A stretch of DNA of 60,962 nucleotides from Burkholderiales bacterium (GTDB taxonomy: Bacteria > Pseudomonadota > Gammaproteobacteria > Burkholderiales > SG8-39). Both the position numbers and the translations under genes were made by a program. Below the pieces are notes generated by a model. That model was not told the origin of the DNA, did no database searches, and worked only from the letters and a program-made list of their open reading frames with translations. Location of the stretch: assembly GCA_035273665.1 (NCBI GenBank), contig DATEOW010000006.1, positions 126,318 to 187,279 on the forward strand, given 5' to 3'. This document shows, piece by piece, positions 39,763 through 52,468 of the stretch; the first letter of the stretch is position 1; every line of letters begins with the position of its first letter.

Positions 39763-40266
39763 TCAGGCGCTCTGGCGGTGATGCTTGAGCATCCTCGTGC
39801 GAATGCGCATTTGCTTCAACCGGGAGAGGTACTCGACAAACACCTTGCCTTCAAGGTGGTCCATTTCATGTTGAATACAGACGGCGAGCAGGCCTTCTGC
39901 ATCGCGTTCGAACAAACGGCCTTCCGCGTCCAAGGCGCGCACGCGGATTTTCTCGGAGCGTTGCACATAGTCGTAAATCCCGGGGACGGAAAGGCAGCCT
40001 TCTTCGTATTCTTGCTCGCCCTCGCGCCAGCAGATTTCCGGATTGATGAGAACGAGCAGGTCGTCCCTCGCTTCCGAGATGTCGATCACGATCACCCGTT
40101 TATGGACGTCCACCTGCGTCGCCGCCAAACCGATCCCGGGGGCTGCATACATGGTTTCAGCCATGCTCCGCACCAGTGTGCGGATTTCCTCATCGACTAC
40201 ATCCACGGGCGTGGCAACGGTGTGCAGCCGATCGTCCGGATAAGTGAGGATATGCAAAAGCGACAT
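39763..40266 (-). CDS. def: Peptide deformylase
   Basis: 167 aa with the three Def motifs [17 protein letters not shown] and QHEMDHL. Confidence 0.96.
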   Translation of the reverse strand: MSLLHILTYPDDRLHTVATPVDVVDEEIRTLVRSMAETMYAAPGIGLAATQVDVHKRVIVIDISEARDDLLVLINPEICWREGEQEYEEGCLSVPGIYDYVQRSEKIRVRALDAEGRLFERDAEGLLAVCIQHEMDHLEGKVFVEYLSRLKQMRIRTRMLKHHRQSA

Positions 40267-40380
40267 AAATTCCCGTTGCGTGAAATATTTAAGTGAAGAC
40301 CTTCGGCAAAGCCTTTAGACTGCCCTCGCACTACAAGATAAATCAAGCCCTTAGCAGGCTTGGATCAAATTGAGGTGGAT

Positions 40381-41592
40381 ATGTTCAAGTCTAGCACAGC
40401 GATTTTGCTGGCTTTGGCGCTCTGCGCGCCGATCTCGTATGCCCAGGAAGCGAAGCCCCTGCAGTTGCAGCCCGACGCGCCGGATCGCCACGTCGTGGTC
40501 AAAGGCGATACCTTGTGGGGCATCTCGGGGAAATTTCTAAAAGACCCTTGGCGTTGGCCCGAGATTTGGGGTCTCAACAAAGACCAAATCCAAAATCCTC
40601 ACCTCATTTATCCGGGTGACGTGATTGTATTGGATCGGAACACGATGCAGCTGCGTTTAACGCGCGGCGCTGCCGGCACCTCCGCTGCGGCTGCCTCTGC
40701 TTCGGCGGATGACCTACCTTGTGTTCGACTCGCTGGAGAGCCGACTGACAAAGCGGTCCGCGGCGGCAAGCTTGTACCCTGCATTCGGGAACAACCGCTG
40801 ATCGCCGAAGCGATACCGGCGATTCCGGCAAAAATCATTACACCTTTCCTTTCTCAGCCGCTCGTTACCGACGGTAGCGCCTTTAGAATTTCGCCGCGAG
40901 TGGTGGCCACGCAGGAAGGCCGAGTCAACCTGGGCGTAGGAAGCCTAGCTTACGCCTCAGGCATTACTGAAGACGATGCAGACACTTGGAACATCTATCG
41001 CAATGGCACGGCGCTCGTAGATCCTGATACCGAGGAATTGTTGGGTTATGAAGCGATCTTCCTGGGGACCGCTCGGGTACTGAAGACCGGTGAGCCGGCT
41101 ACATTGCGAATCGTTTCTTCCAAGCGCGAGGTCACCATCGGGGATCGATTGGTTGCGGCCACGCCGCCCAAAGTATTCAACTATGCGCCGCATGCGCCTT
41201 TACAACCCGTGCGAGGCAAGGTGATCGGCATTTATGGCGCGGAGTCGGATACTCGCGCTGAATACTACAGCGGCAAGGAAGACCCGGACCTCCGATCCAA
41301 TTACGGCAACTATAGTGAAACAGGCCCACTTTCCGTCGTTTCAATCAATAAAGGAACGCGCGACGGCATAGAAGTGGGCAGCGTCCTCGCGCTTCATCGG
41401 GGCATCACCCTTCCGAACGATCGCAGCGTCGGTAAATGGTATATGGGCGAACGGCGCCCGAAGGCGGTTACGCTGCCGGAAGAGCGTTTCGGTTTGCTTA
41501 TGGTTTTCCGCACTTTCGAAAAAGTCTCTTACGCATTGGTGGTGCAAGCAGAACGTCCCGTTTCAGCGAACGATCTGGTAACTAATCCCTGA
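40381..41592 (+). CDS. LysM-domain periplasmic protein
   Basis: Start ATG 40381 gives signal peptide MFKSSTAILLALALCAPISYAQE. LysM motif VVKGDTLWGISGKFL...IYPGDVIVL. Conserved upstream of dprA. Confidence 0.85.
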   Translation: MFKSSTAILLALALCAPISYAQEAKPLQLQPDAPDRHVVVKGDTLWGISGKFLKDPWRWPEIWGLNKDQIQNPHLIYPGDVIVLDRNTMQLRLTRGAAGTSAAAASASADDLPCVRLAGEPTDKAVRGGKLVPCIREQPLIAEAIPAIPAKIITPFLSQPLVTDGSAFRISPRVVATQEGRVNLGVGSLAYASGITEDDADTWNIYRNGTALVDPDTEELLGYEAIFLGTARVLKTGEPATLRIVSSKREVTIGDRLVAATPPKVFNYAPHAPLQPVRGKVIGIYGAESDTRAEYYSGKEDPDLRSNYGNYSETGPLSVVSINKGTRDGIEVGSVLALHRGITLPNDRSVGKWYMGERRPKAVTLPEERFGLLMVFRTFEKVSYALVVQAERPVSANDLVTNP

Positions 41593-41614
41593 GCAAAACC
41601 ATTAACCTCGCGGC

Positions 41615-42682
41615 ATGCAAATCGAGCTTGCCGCGTGGTTAAGACTCAGCCTCGTCCCCGGACTGGGTGGGCGAGGACAACGTAAGCTCCTCGCCGCTTT
41701 CGGCTTACCGCAGAACATTTTTTCTCAATCGCGCGCTACGCTCGCCGCTCATATTGGCGAAGCACTCGCCGAGCGTCTCCTGCAGCATCACGATGAAGCG
41801 GCTTTGGCCGCAACGACGCGCTGGCTAGAGACGCCGGCTCATCGCGTCCTCAGCCTTGCGGATCGGGAGTACCCGTCCGCCCTACTCGAAACAGACGATC
41901 CGCCGATCGTGTTGTTTGTACGGGGCGATCCGGCCTTACTCAATAAGCCAGCCATCGCTATCGTAGGTAGCCGCAATGCTACGGCTCAAGGTCGCTTGAA
42001 CGCCGAAAATTTCGCCAAGGTTTTAGGCGATGCCGGTTTTGTGATTGTGAGCGGCCTCGCATTGGGGATCGACACTGCGGCCCATCGCGGCGCGCTATCG
42101 AGTAGCGGCGGAACGATCGCAGTGCTGGGGACCGGCATCGATCGAGCCTATCCTTCGTCGAACGCGGGGCTGCACGATGCCATTGCCGAACGGGGCCTGC
42201 TCATCAGCGAATTTCCCTTGGGAACGCCGCCGCTTTCGAATAATTTTCCTCGTCGCAATCGCCTTATTAGTGGCCTCGCCCGAGGCGTGTTAGTCGTGGA
42301 GGCGGCGCTATCGAGCGGTTCCTTGATTACCGCGAAGCAAGCCGGCGAACAGGGACGAGATATCTACGCGATCCCCGGATCAATCCATTCTCCATTCTCG
42401 CGCGGCTGTCATGCATTGATCCGCCAAGGTGCGAAGCTCGTCGAATCGGCACAGGACATCCTCGAAGAGTTGAAAGTGCCCAATCAAGCGGGCACTGCCC
42501 CGCCCTCGGCACTCTCGCCTAACCCGCTGATTGAACACATTGGTTACGACGCCTGCAGCATTGATGAGCTTTGTCGTCGCAGTGGCTTGACTCCTGAAAG
42601 CGTATCGGCGATGCTGTTGCAACTGGAACTCAGCGGTGGCATTGCGATGTTGCCCGGAGGGATGTACCAGCGATTGAACTAA
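41615..42682 (+). CDS. dprA: DNA-processing protein DprA
   Basis: 355 aa. Rossmann-like DprA core IVSGLALGIDTAAHRGAL, FPRRNRLISGL. Confidence 0.93.
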   Translation: MQIELAAWLRLSLVPGLGGRGQRKLLAAFGLPQNIFSQSRATLAAHIGEALAERLLQHHDEAALAATTRWLETPAHRVLSLADREYPSALLETDDPPIVLFVRGDPALLNKPAIAIVGSRNATAQGRLNAENFAKVLGDAGFVIVSGLALGIDTAAHRGALSSSGGTIAVLGTGIDRAYPSSNAGLHDAIAERGLLISEFPLGTPPLSNNFPRRNRLISGLARGVLVVEAALSSGSLITAKQAGEQGRDIYAIPGSIHSPFSRGCHALIRQGAKLVESAQDILEELKVPNQAGTAPPSALSPNPLIEHIGYDACSIDELCRRSGLTPESVSAMLLQLELSGGIAMLPGGMYQRLN

Positions 42683-42773
42683 GCGGCGCCCAGACTGTAA
42701 GTTGCCGCCGCGTTTGAGAAAAGCTCAGGGCTACGCGCCTTGCCGATTATTAAAACGGAGCCGCTCTCACACG

Positions 42774-43226
42774 ATGTTTGATGTCCTAGTGTATCTGTTC
42801 GAAAGCTTCTATCACTATGATGCGTATCCGGATCAGGATACGCTGACCCGTAAACTCAGCGCTGCCGGCTTCGAAGATGAAGAAATACATGAAGCCCTGA
42901 GTTGGTTGAATGGGCTCCCCCAAAAGGCAGTGTTCGACGAAAGCTTCGAAGCCAATACATCTTTTCGCGCATATAGTTCGGAAGAGATCGCAAAACTGTC
43001 CGTTGCAAGTCGAGGCTTCGTCGTGTTTCTGGAAAGTGCGCGCGTTCTCAGCCCCGCGTTACGCGAAACGATTATGGAGCGTGCCATGGCGCTTGAAGAC
43101 GAGATTGTGAGCCTCGACAAGCTGAAGGTCATTGCGCTCATGGTCTTGTGGACACATCGGGGCAATGTGGAAACGCTGGTACTCGAAGAGCTGTTGCCGG
43201 AGGGCGGTCCTCGCAATATCCACTAA
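42774..43226 (+). CDS. smg: Smg protein (DUF494)
   Basis: The typical N-terminus MFDVLVYLFESFYHYDAYPDQDTL starts at ATG 42774. dprA-smg synteny. Confidence 0.9.
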   Translation: MFDVLVYLFESFYHYDAYPDQDTLTRKLSAAGFEDEEIHEALSWLNGLPQKAVFDESFEANTSFRAYSSEEIAKLSVASRGFVVFLESARVLSPALRETIMERAMALEDEIVSLDKLKVIALMVLWTHRGNVETLVLEELLPEGGPRNIH

Positions 43227-43247
43227 AGCCCGCGAAGCGGGCTTTTT
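43225..43247 (+). terminator. Rho-independent terminator after smg
   Basis: AAAGCCCGC (43225-33), loop GAA, GCGGGCTTT (43237-45) plus TT. Overlaps the smg stop codon. Confidence 0.8.
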
Positions 43248-43351
43248 AATTCGCGCATCGGACGGACCCGCCTTGCTTCCGCCCGTCTTTTATCCTTACA
43301 CTTCGCCGCTTTGCGCAACACATCTTCGTGTTTGCGCCCTCAAGGAATCGA

Positions 43352-45982
43352 GTGAGCAAAGAACTGATCATTGCGGAAAAGCCTTCCGTCGCGGCCGATA
43401 TCGCTCGGGCGCTGGGCGGCTTCACCCGGCACGGCGACTATTATGAGAGTGACGAATACGTGCTCTCCTCCGCCGTCGGGCATCTGCTAGAGCTGGTCGT
43501 CCCGGAACAATACGAAGTCAAGCGCGGTAAATGGTCGTTTAATCATTTGCCGGTTATTCCGCCGCATTTCGATTTGAAGCCTATCGAGAAAAGCGAAGAC
43601 CGCCTCAAGCTTTTATTGCGCCTCATCAAACGCAAAGACGTCACCGCGCTCGTGAACGCCTGCGATGCGGGACGTGAAGGCGAACTGATCTTCCGTTACA
43701 TCGCTCAACACGCCGCAACAAAGAAACCTATTAAGCGATTGTGGTTGCAGTCGATGACACAAGGCGCCATCCGTGAAGGATTCGCCAGCTTGCGCAGCGG
43801 CGAATCCATGCAACCGCTCGCCGATGCCGCGACTTGTCGTTCGGAATCGGATTGGCTCGTAGGCATCAACGGTACGCGCGCCATGACCGCGTTCAATTCC
43901 AAAGATGGCGGTTTCTACAAAACTACGGTGGGCCGCGTGCAAACCCCGACGCTGAGTATCTTGGTCGAGCGCGAGCAGCGTATCAAAGAATTCAAGTCCA
44001 GAAACTATTGGGAGCTGCACGGCAGCTTTACCGGTCAAGGCGGCGAGTACAAAGGACGTTGGTTCGACGAAAGCTTCAAGCGCGATGCGGATGACTCGGA
44101 TGCACGCGCCGAACGCATTTGGGACAAAGCGCGCGCGGACTCTATTCTGCGGAAATGCGAAGGCAAATCGGGCGTTGTCACCGAGGAATCGAAGCCATCC
44201 ACGGAAGCGCCCCCGCTGTTATACGATTTGACCAGTTTGCAGCGCGAAGCGAACGGACGCTTCGGTTTCTCTGCTCGGACGACCTTGTCCATCGCTCAAG
44301 CGCTTTATGAAAAGCATAAGGTGCTGACTTATCCTCGTACGGACGCACGCGCACTGCCCGAGGACTATATCCCGACGGTAAAGCAAACCTTGGATGGACT
44401 GCGGGAAACGAACAACTACGCGCTTTTTGCGGCAAAGGTACTTAAAGAAGGTTGGGTGCGCCCGAACAAACGGATTTTCAATAACGAAAAAATTTCGGAT
44501 CACTTCGCGATCATTCCCACCGGGCAACTGCCGAAGACCTTGAGCGATGCGGAAGCGAAGCTTTACGATTTAGTCACCAAGCGCTTTCTGGCCGTGTTCT
44601 TCCCGGCAGCGGAATATCAGCTTACGACTCGCATTACGCGCGTGGAAGGCGAACCCTTCAAAACGGATGGCCGAGTCATGATCAACGCCGGCTGGCGCGC
44701 GGTCTACGGCAAGGAAGTGGACGGCCCCGACAACACGACTTTGGCACCTGTCGTCGGTAACCGAGTCGACACCGAATCCATCGAGGCGCAAGCGCTACAA
44801 ACTCGGCCCCCGGCTCGCTATACGGAAGCGACCTTGCTCTCAGCCATGGAGGGCGCGGGCAAACTCGTCGACGACGAGGAGTTACGCGAAGCGATGAGCG
44901 AGAAAGGCCTTGGCACGCCGGCGACTCGAGCGGCTGTCATTGAAGGTTTGATTTATGAGGACTACGTTCATCGGGAAGGCCGCGAACTGGTTCCAACTGC
45001 GAAGGCCTTCGATTTGCTCTACGCACTGTCCCGCTTTGGCATCGCGGAACTGCGATCCCCGGAGTTGACCGGTGCGTGGGAATTCAAACTTAAGCAAATG
45101 GAGCAGGGGAAGCTGCGCCGAGAAGATTTCATGGACCATATTGTGGAATCGACGCGCGACCTCGTTGAGCGCATCAAGACCGCTACAACGATCGATGAAC
45201 CGCTCTCTGTACTCGCCGTGCCCTGTCCAAAATGCGGTGGCACCATTCAAGAAAACTATAAAAAATTCCAATGCGAGAAATGCGATTTTTCTTTGTGGAA
45301 AATCGTCGCAAGCCGGCGTATGGAGAACAAGGAGATCGAGGATCTCATCACGACGAAATCCATCGGCCCCTTGCAAAACTTCCGCAGCCGAATGGGGCGC
45401 CCCTTTGCGGCCATGGTCAAACTGAAAGACGATTTCACGCTAGAACTCGACTTCGGCCAATCGAGCCAAGATAGTCCTGATGCCCAGCCCGTGGATTTCT
45501 CCGGGAAAACGCCGTTAGGGCCATGCCCTAAATGCGGTGGAAACGTTTACGACCACGAGTTGGCTTATGTCTGCGAGAACGCAATAGGCGCCGGTCGGTC
45601 CTGCACCTTCCGCACGGGAAAGATTATTCTTCAACGGCAGATAGAGCCGGAACAGGTCGTGAAACTCCTCACTGCCGGTAAAACCGATCTATTACATCGT
45701 TTCATTTCGAAAAAAGGTCGCCCCTTCTCGGCGTTCCTCGTCAAACTGCCCGAAGGAAAGATCGGCTTTGAATTCGCGCCCCGTGAAGCAAAGAAACCGG
45801 TGGCCAAAAAAGCGTCTAGCGGTGCTGAAGATGTGAAAGGTGAGGTGGAGGCGAAAAAGCCGGCAAAGAAAGCGGCTAAGGCCACGTCGAAAAAACCGGC
45901 GAAAAAAGTAGCGCGCAAATCACCGGCAACAACCAAAGCGGCCAAAACGCCAGCCAAGAAGAAACCCCCATCGAAGAAATAG
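43352..45982 (+). CDS. Type IA DNA topoisomerase, topoisomerase-III-like, with C-terminal zinc ribbons and Lys-rich tail
   Basis: LIIAEKPSVA start, TOPRIM ACDAGREGE, active-site LTYPRTDA, two CPKCGG ribbons, tail AKKPAKKAAKATSKKPAKKVARK. GTG 43352 is preferred (AAGGAA lies 5 nt upstream). The ORF-track start is GTG 43328. Confidence 0.9.
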   Translation: MSKELIIAEKPSVAADIARALGGFTRHGDYYESDEYVLSSAVGHLLELVVPEQYEVKRGKWSFNHLPVIPPHFDLKPIEKSEDRLKLLLRLIKRKDVTALVNACDAGREGELIFRYIAQHAATKKPIKRLWLQSMTQGAIREGFASLRSGESMQPLADAATCRSESDWLVGINGTRAMTAFNSKDGGFYKTTVGRVQTPTLSILVEREQRIKEFKSRNYWELHGSFTGQGGEYKGRWFDESFKRDADDSDARAERIWDKARADSILRKCEGKSGVVTEESKPSTEAPPLLYDLTSLQREANGRFGFSARTTLSIAQALYEKHKVLTYPRTDARALPEDYIPTVKQTLDGLRETNNYALFAAKVLKEGWVRPNKRIFNNEKISDHFAIIPTGQLPKTLSDAEAKLYDLVTKRFLAVFFPAAEYQLTTRITRVEGEPFKTDGRVMINAGWRAVYGKEVDGPDNTTLAPVVGNRVDTESIEAQALQTRPPARYTEATLLSAMEGAGKLVDDEELREAMSEKGLGTPATRAAVIEGLIYEDYVHREGRELVPTAKAFDLLYALSRFGIAELRSPELTGAWEFKLKQMEQGKLRREDFMDHIVESTRDLVERIKTATTIDEPLSVLAVPCPKCGGTIQENYKKFQCEKCDFSLWKIVASRRMENKEIEDLITTKSIGPLQNFRSRMGRPFAAMVKLKDDFTLELDFGQSSQDSPDAQPVDFSGKTPLGPCPKCGGNVYDHELAYVCENAIGAGRSCTFRTGKIILQRQIEPEQVVKLLTAGKTDLLHRFISKKGRPFSAFLVKLPEGKIGFEFAPREAKKPVAKKASSGAEDVKGEVEAKKPAKKAAKATSKKPAKKVARKSPATTKAAKTPAKKKPPSKK

Positions 45983-45988
45983 GCAGCT

Positions 45989-46363
45989 TTAGGTTTTTGC
46001 GTACTTGCTGTCTATTTTCTTGATGGCCTTCTCAGCGTTGGCCGGGTCCAGCAAACGAATGAGGTGGTCCAGCTTCTCTTCCTTGCGCTCATCTCCTTCT
46101 TTGGATTGCGGCGAGCCCACGTGAAGGAGAAACGCGAGTCCGGCTACCTGCCACATGAGTTGAAGAAATTCGGACTGCCAATTCTCTAAGGTATCGCGAG
46201 CAACTTCGACGATGTAGTTGGACACCTCAACTGGCTGGTTATGCGCGGCCTGCTCATCCACATATGCTTGCCAAGCGAAGCTCCAATGACCCGCCAGACT
46301 TCCTAAGAACAAGATCGCGGTCACCCAAAGGAAGCTGTATTTCTGCCACACGTTTAGTTTCAT
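45989..46363 (-). CDS. Small membrane protein of unknown function
   Basis: Start ATG 46363 (MKLNVWQKYSFLWVTAILFLG) is preceded by GGAGG. Two predicted TM segments. The convergent stop lies 6 nt from the topoisomerase stop. Confidence 0.65.
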   Translation of the reverse strand: MKLNVWQKYSFLWVTAILFLGSLAGHWSFAWQAYVDEQAAHNQPVEVSNYIVEVARDTLENWQSEFLQLMWQVAGLAFLLHVGSPQSKEGDERKEEKLDHLIRLLDPANAEKAIKKIDSKYAKT

Positions 46364-46481
46364 CGTAACCTCCGGCCGCATTGAGAATGGCGGGGCAAAC
46401 ACGCGTCCGCCGCTCGCCTTCCTAGGAGCAAGCTGCGTACCGGTGGGAGTTATCGGACGTAGATTCGGTCCGGCGATACTA

Positions 46482-50055
<3,574 letters not shown>

Positions 50056-50120
50056 ATCTATTTATCTTTCTGATAATGATTATGAGCAGCGTAAAAATAG
50101 TGGGTAAGTAGCAATGTCAT
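50056..50120. other. AT-rich tract in dnaA-dnaN spacer (candidate unwinding element or dnaN promoter)
   Basis: 20 of 65 nt are G or C by hand count (about 31%). Tandem TATCTATT/TATCTTTC at 50055-50070. Confidence 0.4.
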
Positions 50121-50141
50121 CGCTTTATCAAGCGCTAAGCT

Positions 50142-50173
50142 TGTGTAAAACCTGTGTGCAAGTCTGTGGGCAA
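50142..50173. repeat. Three phased DnaA-box-like direct repeats
   Basis: TGTGTAAAA (50142), TGTGTGCAA (50153) and TGTGGGCAA (50165), spaced 11 and 12 nt. Each is 2-3 mismatches from TGTGGATAA. Confidence 0.4.
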
Positions 50174-50253
50174 TGGAGACGCAATGGGGACAACTTTCGT
50201 CAAAGAGAAAAACAGCGAAAACTTATACAGCGTACAAGACAGGATATTCACAC

Positions 50254-51618
50254 CTAACCTTTGAGCGTTTGTTCGAGAACGTGGAAGTCGCGGTTGAGCT
50301 CGCTATCCTTCGGCCGAAGCGCGGCAATCGTTCTGCAGGCGTGCAAAACCGTCGTGTGATCTCGGTTGCCGAAGGCATCCCCGATTTCAGGCAGGCTCAT
50401 TTCGGTGAGCTCTTTCGCTAAAGCCATGGCCATCTGACGCGGTCGCGCGATGTTACGAGTGCGTTTTTTTGCATGTAAGTCCGCCACTTTGATCTTGTAA
50501 AACTCGGCGACAGTTTTTTGAATATTCTCGATCGAAACTTGACGGTTGTGCACCGATAGGAGGTCCTTGAGCGCCTCTTTGGCAATTTCGACTGTGATGA
50601 CCTCTTTGCCGTTGAAGCGCGCGAAGGCCAACACGTTCTTTAGCGCACCCTCGATTTCTCGAACGTTCGATCGAATGTTCTTGGCGATAAAAAAGGCCAC
50701 TTCTTCGGGCAGCACAACACCAACGGCCTCCGCTTTTTTTAAGATGATCGCGACGCGCATCTCTTGCTCTGGCGGTTCGATGGCGACGGTCAGCCCCCAG
50801 CTGAAGCGGGTCTTCAAACGCTCATCGATGCCGGCGATGTCGCGTGGGTAGGTGTCGCACGTAATAATGATTTGCTTATGTGCTTCGATCAACGCGTTGA
50901 AAGCGTAAAAAAACTCTTCCTGCGTTCGGTCCTTACCGGTGAAGAATTGAATATCGTCAATGAGCAACACATCCAACGAATGGTAGTAGCGCTTAAACGC
51001 GTCGAAAGATTTTTGCTGGTAGGCACGCACGACGTCAGAAATATATTGTGCCGCATGCAGGTAGCGCACACGCGACCCGGGTTGTCGGCCCATCACGTAA
51101 TTGCCGACAGCATGAATTAAATGGGTCTTACCTAAACCAACGCCCCCATAAACAAACAAGGGGTTGTAGGAAGTGCCGGGATTCTCCGCAACCTGCATCG
51201 CAGCGGCGCGCGCGAGTTGATTCGCTTTGCCCGGGACGAAATTTTCGAAGTTGAATTCCTGGATCAAGCTTGGACGCTGTTCCGCGTTGCGGCTAGGCTT
51301 GGAGGGCGCAATCTGCGGAGCGGGCCTCTCTTCAAGCTGCGCCGCCATCAGTGGCTTGGCCGTTTGCAGTTCCACCTCAGTCAAACCAAGGCTGACTTGC
51401 ACGGGATGACCTAAATGGTCAGCCGCCATGACCTCGATTCGGCCTAAAAAACGCTCTTTAATCCACTGCAGGACAAAACGGTTCGGAGCGACCAAGCGCA
51501 ATTCATCGTCGCTGGAGCGCTCCCCGTCGACCTGGATGGGACGAATCCAGGTGTTAAATTGCTGAGCAGGAAGTTCTTTCTCCAGGCGCGCGAGACAGTT
51601 CTGCCAGACTTGTTGCAT
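50254..51618 (-). CDS. dnaA: Chromosomal replication initiator protein DnaA
   Basis: 454 aa. Walker [19 protein letters not shown], and domain IV DNA-binding helix ([10 protein letters not shown]). Confidence 0.97.
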   Translation of the reverse strand: MQQVWQNCLARLEKELPAQQFNTWIRPIQVDGERSSDDELRLVAPNRFVLQWIKERFLGRIEVMAADHLGHPVQVSLGLTEVELQTAKPLMAAQLEERPAPQIAPSKPSRNAEQRPSLIQEFNFENFVPGKANQLARAAAMQVAENPGTSYNPLFVYGGVGLGKTHLIHAVGNYVMGRQPGSRVRYLHAAQYISDVVRAYQQKSFDAFKRYYHSLDVLLIDDIQFFTGKDRTQEEFFYAFNALIEAHKQIIITCDTYPRDIAGIDERLKTRFSWGLTVAIEPPEQEMRVAIILKKAEAVGVVLPEEVAFFIAKNIRSNVREIEGALKNVLAFARFNGKEVITVEIAKEALKDLLSVHNRQVSIENIQKTVAEFYKIKVADLHAKKRTRNIARPRQMAMALAKELTEMSLPEIGDAFGNRDHTTVLHACRTIAALRPKDSELNRDFHVLEQTLKG

Positions 51619-51703
51619 CCTGTGGAGCTACTTTTTTTGGAATGAATTGGGGAAGCGAATGGCATAGATTCGCGATGCCGAATGATACTCTTCCCCACCA
51701 AAG

Positions 51704-51712
51704 TTATCCACA
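51704..51712 (+). promoter_or_regulatory. Consensus DnaA box
   Basis: Exact TTATCCACA in the 171-nt rpmH/dnaA divergent spacer, 86 nt upstream of the dnaA ATG. Confidence 0.7.
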
Positions 51713-51789
51713 GGCGCTAGGCGTCATTGACATAAAGGCTAAGCGGTTGCTTAATAGCCGGTTTTCCGTCTAACCAGGATTGCAGCAAC

Positions 51790-51924
51790 ATGAAACGCAC
51801 CTACCAACCTTCGGTGGTCCGCCGCAAGCGTACACACGGTTTTCTCGTCCGCATGAAGACGCGCGGCGGCCGCGCTGTTATTCGTGCTCGTCGTGCAAAA
51901 GGCCGCGCTCGTTTGGCCGTTTGA
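51790..51924 (+). CDS. rpmH: 50S ribosomal protein L34
   Basis: Hand translation gives [44 protein letters not shown] (44 aa). Too short for the ORF track. Confidence 0.96.
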   Translation: MKRTYQPSVVRRKRTHGFLVRMKTRGGRAVIRARRAKGRARLAV

Positions 51925-52253
51925 ATTTCAGGCTTCGCCCTTGCCAACGACTAGGGGCCTGGGCGGTTGCCAAGGCGCTCAAGTCTAGGCATCAAAAACG
52001 GGGCGACCGACTGACGCTTTACTGCAGCGCAAACCAATTGGGTTACGCCAGGCTCGCGCTCATCGTGCCAAAAAAACTGGTCGCACGTGCTGTCGACCGC
52101 AATCGAATACGCCGTTTGGTCCGCGAGGCCTTTCGTCTACAACAAGCCGATTTAGACGGCCTCGATTGCGTCGTGAGGTTAACTCGGTCACCCGGCATGA
52201 AACCACTGTGTCTTGAAGAAGCTCGCCGTTTGCTTTCACGAAGCGCCGAATGA
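51921..52253 (+). CDS. rnpA: Ribonuclease P protein component
   Basis: C-terminal part of ORF 51780..52253 ([27 protein letters not shown] is the RNR motif region). The start is inferred as TTG 51921, overlapping the rpmH stop, and is uncertain. Confidence 0.85.
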   Translation: MNFRLRPCQRLGAWAVAKALKSRHQKRGDRLTLYCSANQLGYARLALIVPKKLVARAVDRNRIRRLVREAFRLQQADLDGLDCVVRLTRSPGMKPLCLEEARRLLSRSAE

Positions 52254-52459
52254 ATAAGCTCTTGTTGAACTTGCTTGCCGGTTATCGTTACGCGCTCAGC
52301 CCCATATTGGGCAAGCATTGCCGTTTTGAGCCGAGCTGTTCCGCCTATGCGCACGAAGCGGTTCAAAAATACGGCGCGTGTCGAGGCACCCGACTCGCGC
52401 TCAAGCGTTTAGCCCGCTGTCACCCCTGGTGTGCGGGCGGCTATGACCCCATTCCTTGA
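52250..52459 (+). CDS. yidD: Membrane protein insertion efficiency factor YidD
   Basis: 69 aa. [27 protein letters not shown] is the YidD signature. ATGA overlap with rnpA. Confidence 0.94.
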   Translation: MNKLLLNLLAGYRYALSPILGKHCRFEPSCSAYAHEAVQKYGACRGTRLALKRLARCHPWCAGGYDPIP

Positions 52460-52468
52460 TTGAAATAC

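Noticed and set aside
43283-43295. TTATCCTTA DnaA-box-like string upstream of the topoisomerase gene
   Set aside because: It is isolated, has two mismatches in the critical 3' half of the box, and has no neighbouring boxes or AT-rich tract. It is probably a chance match.
50173-50421. 82-aa plus-strand ORF starting in the dnaA-dnaN spacer
   Set aside because: Most of it is antisense to the conserved C-terminus of dnaA, it has no ribosome-binding site and no recognisable features. The spacer is better explained as regulatory or origin-type DNA.
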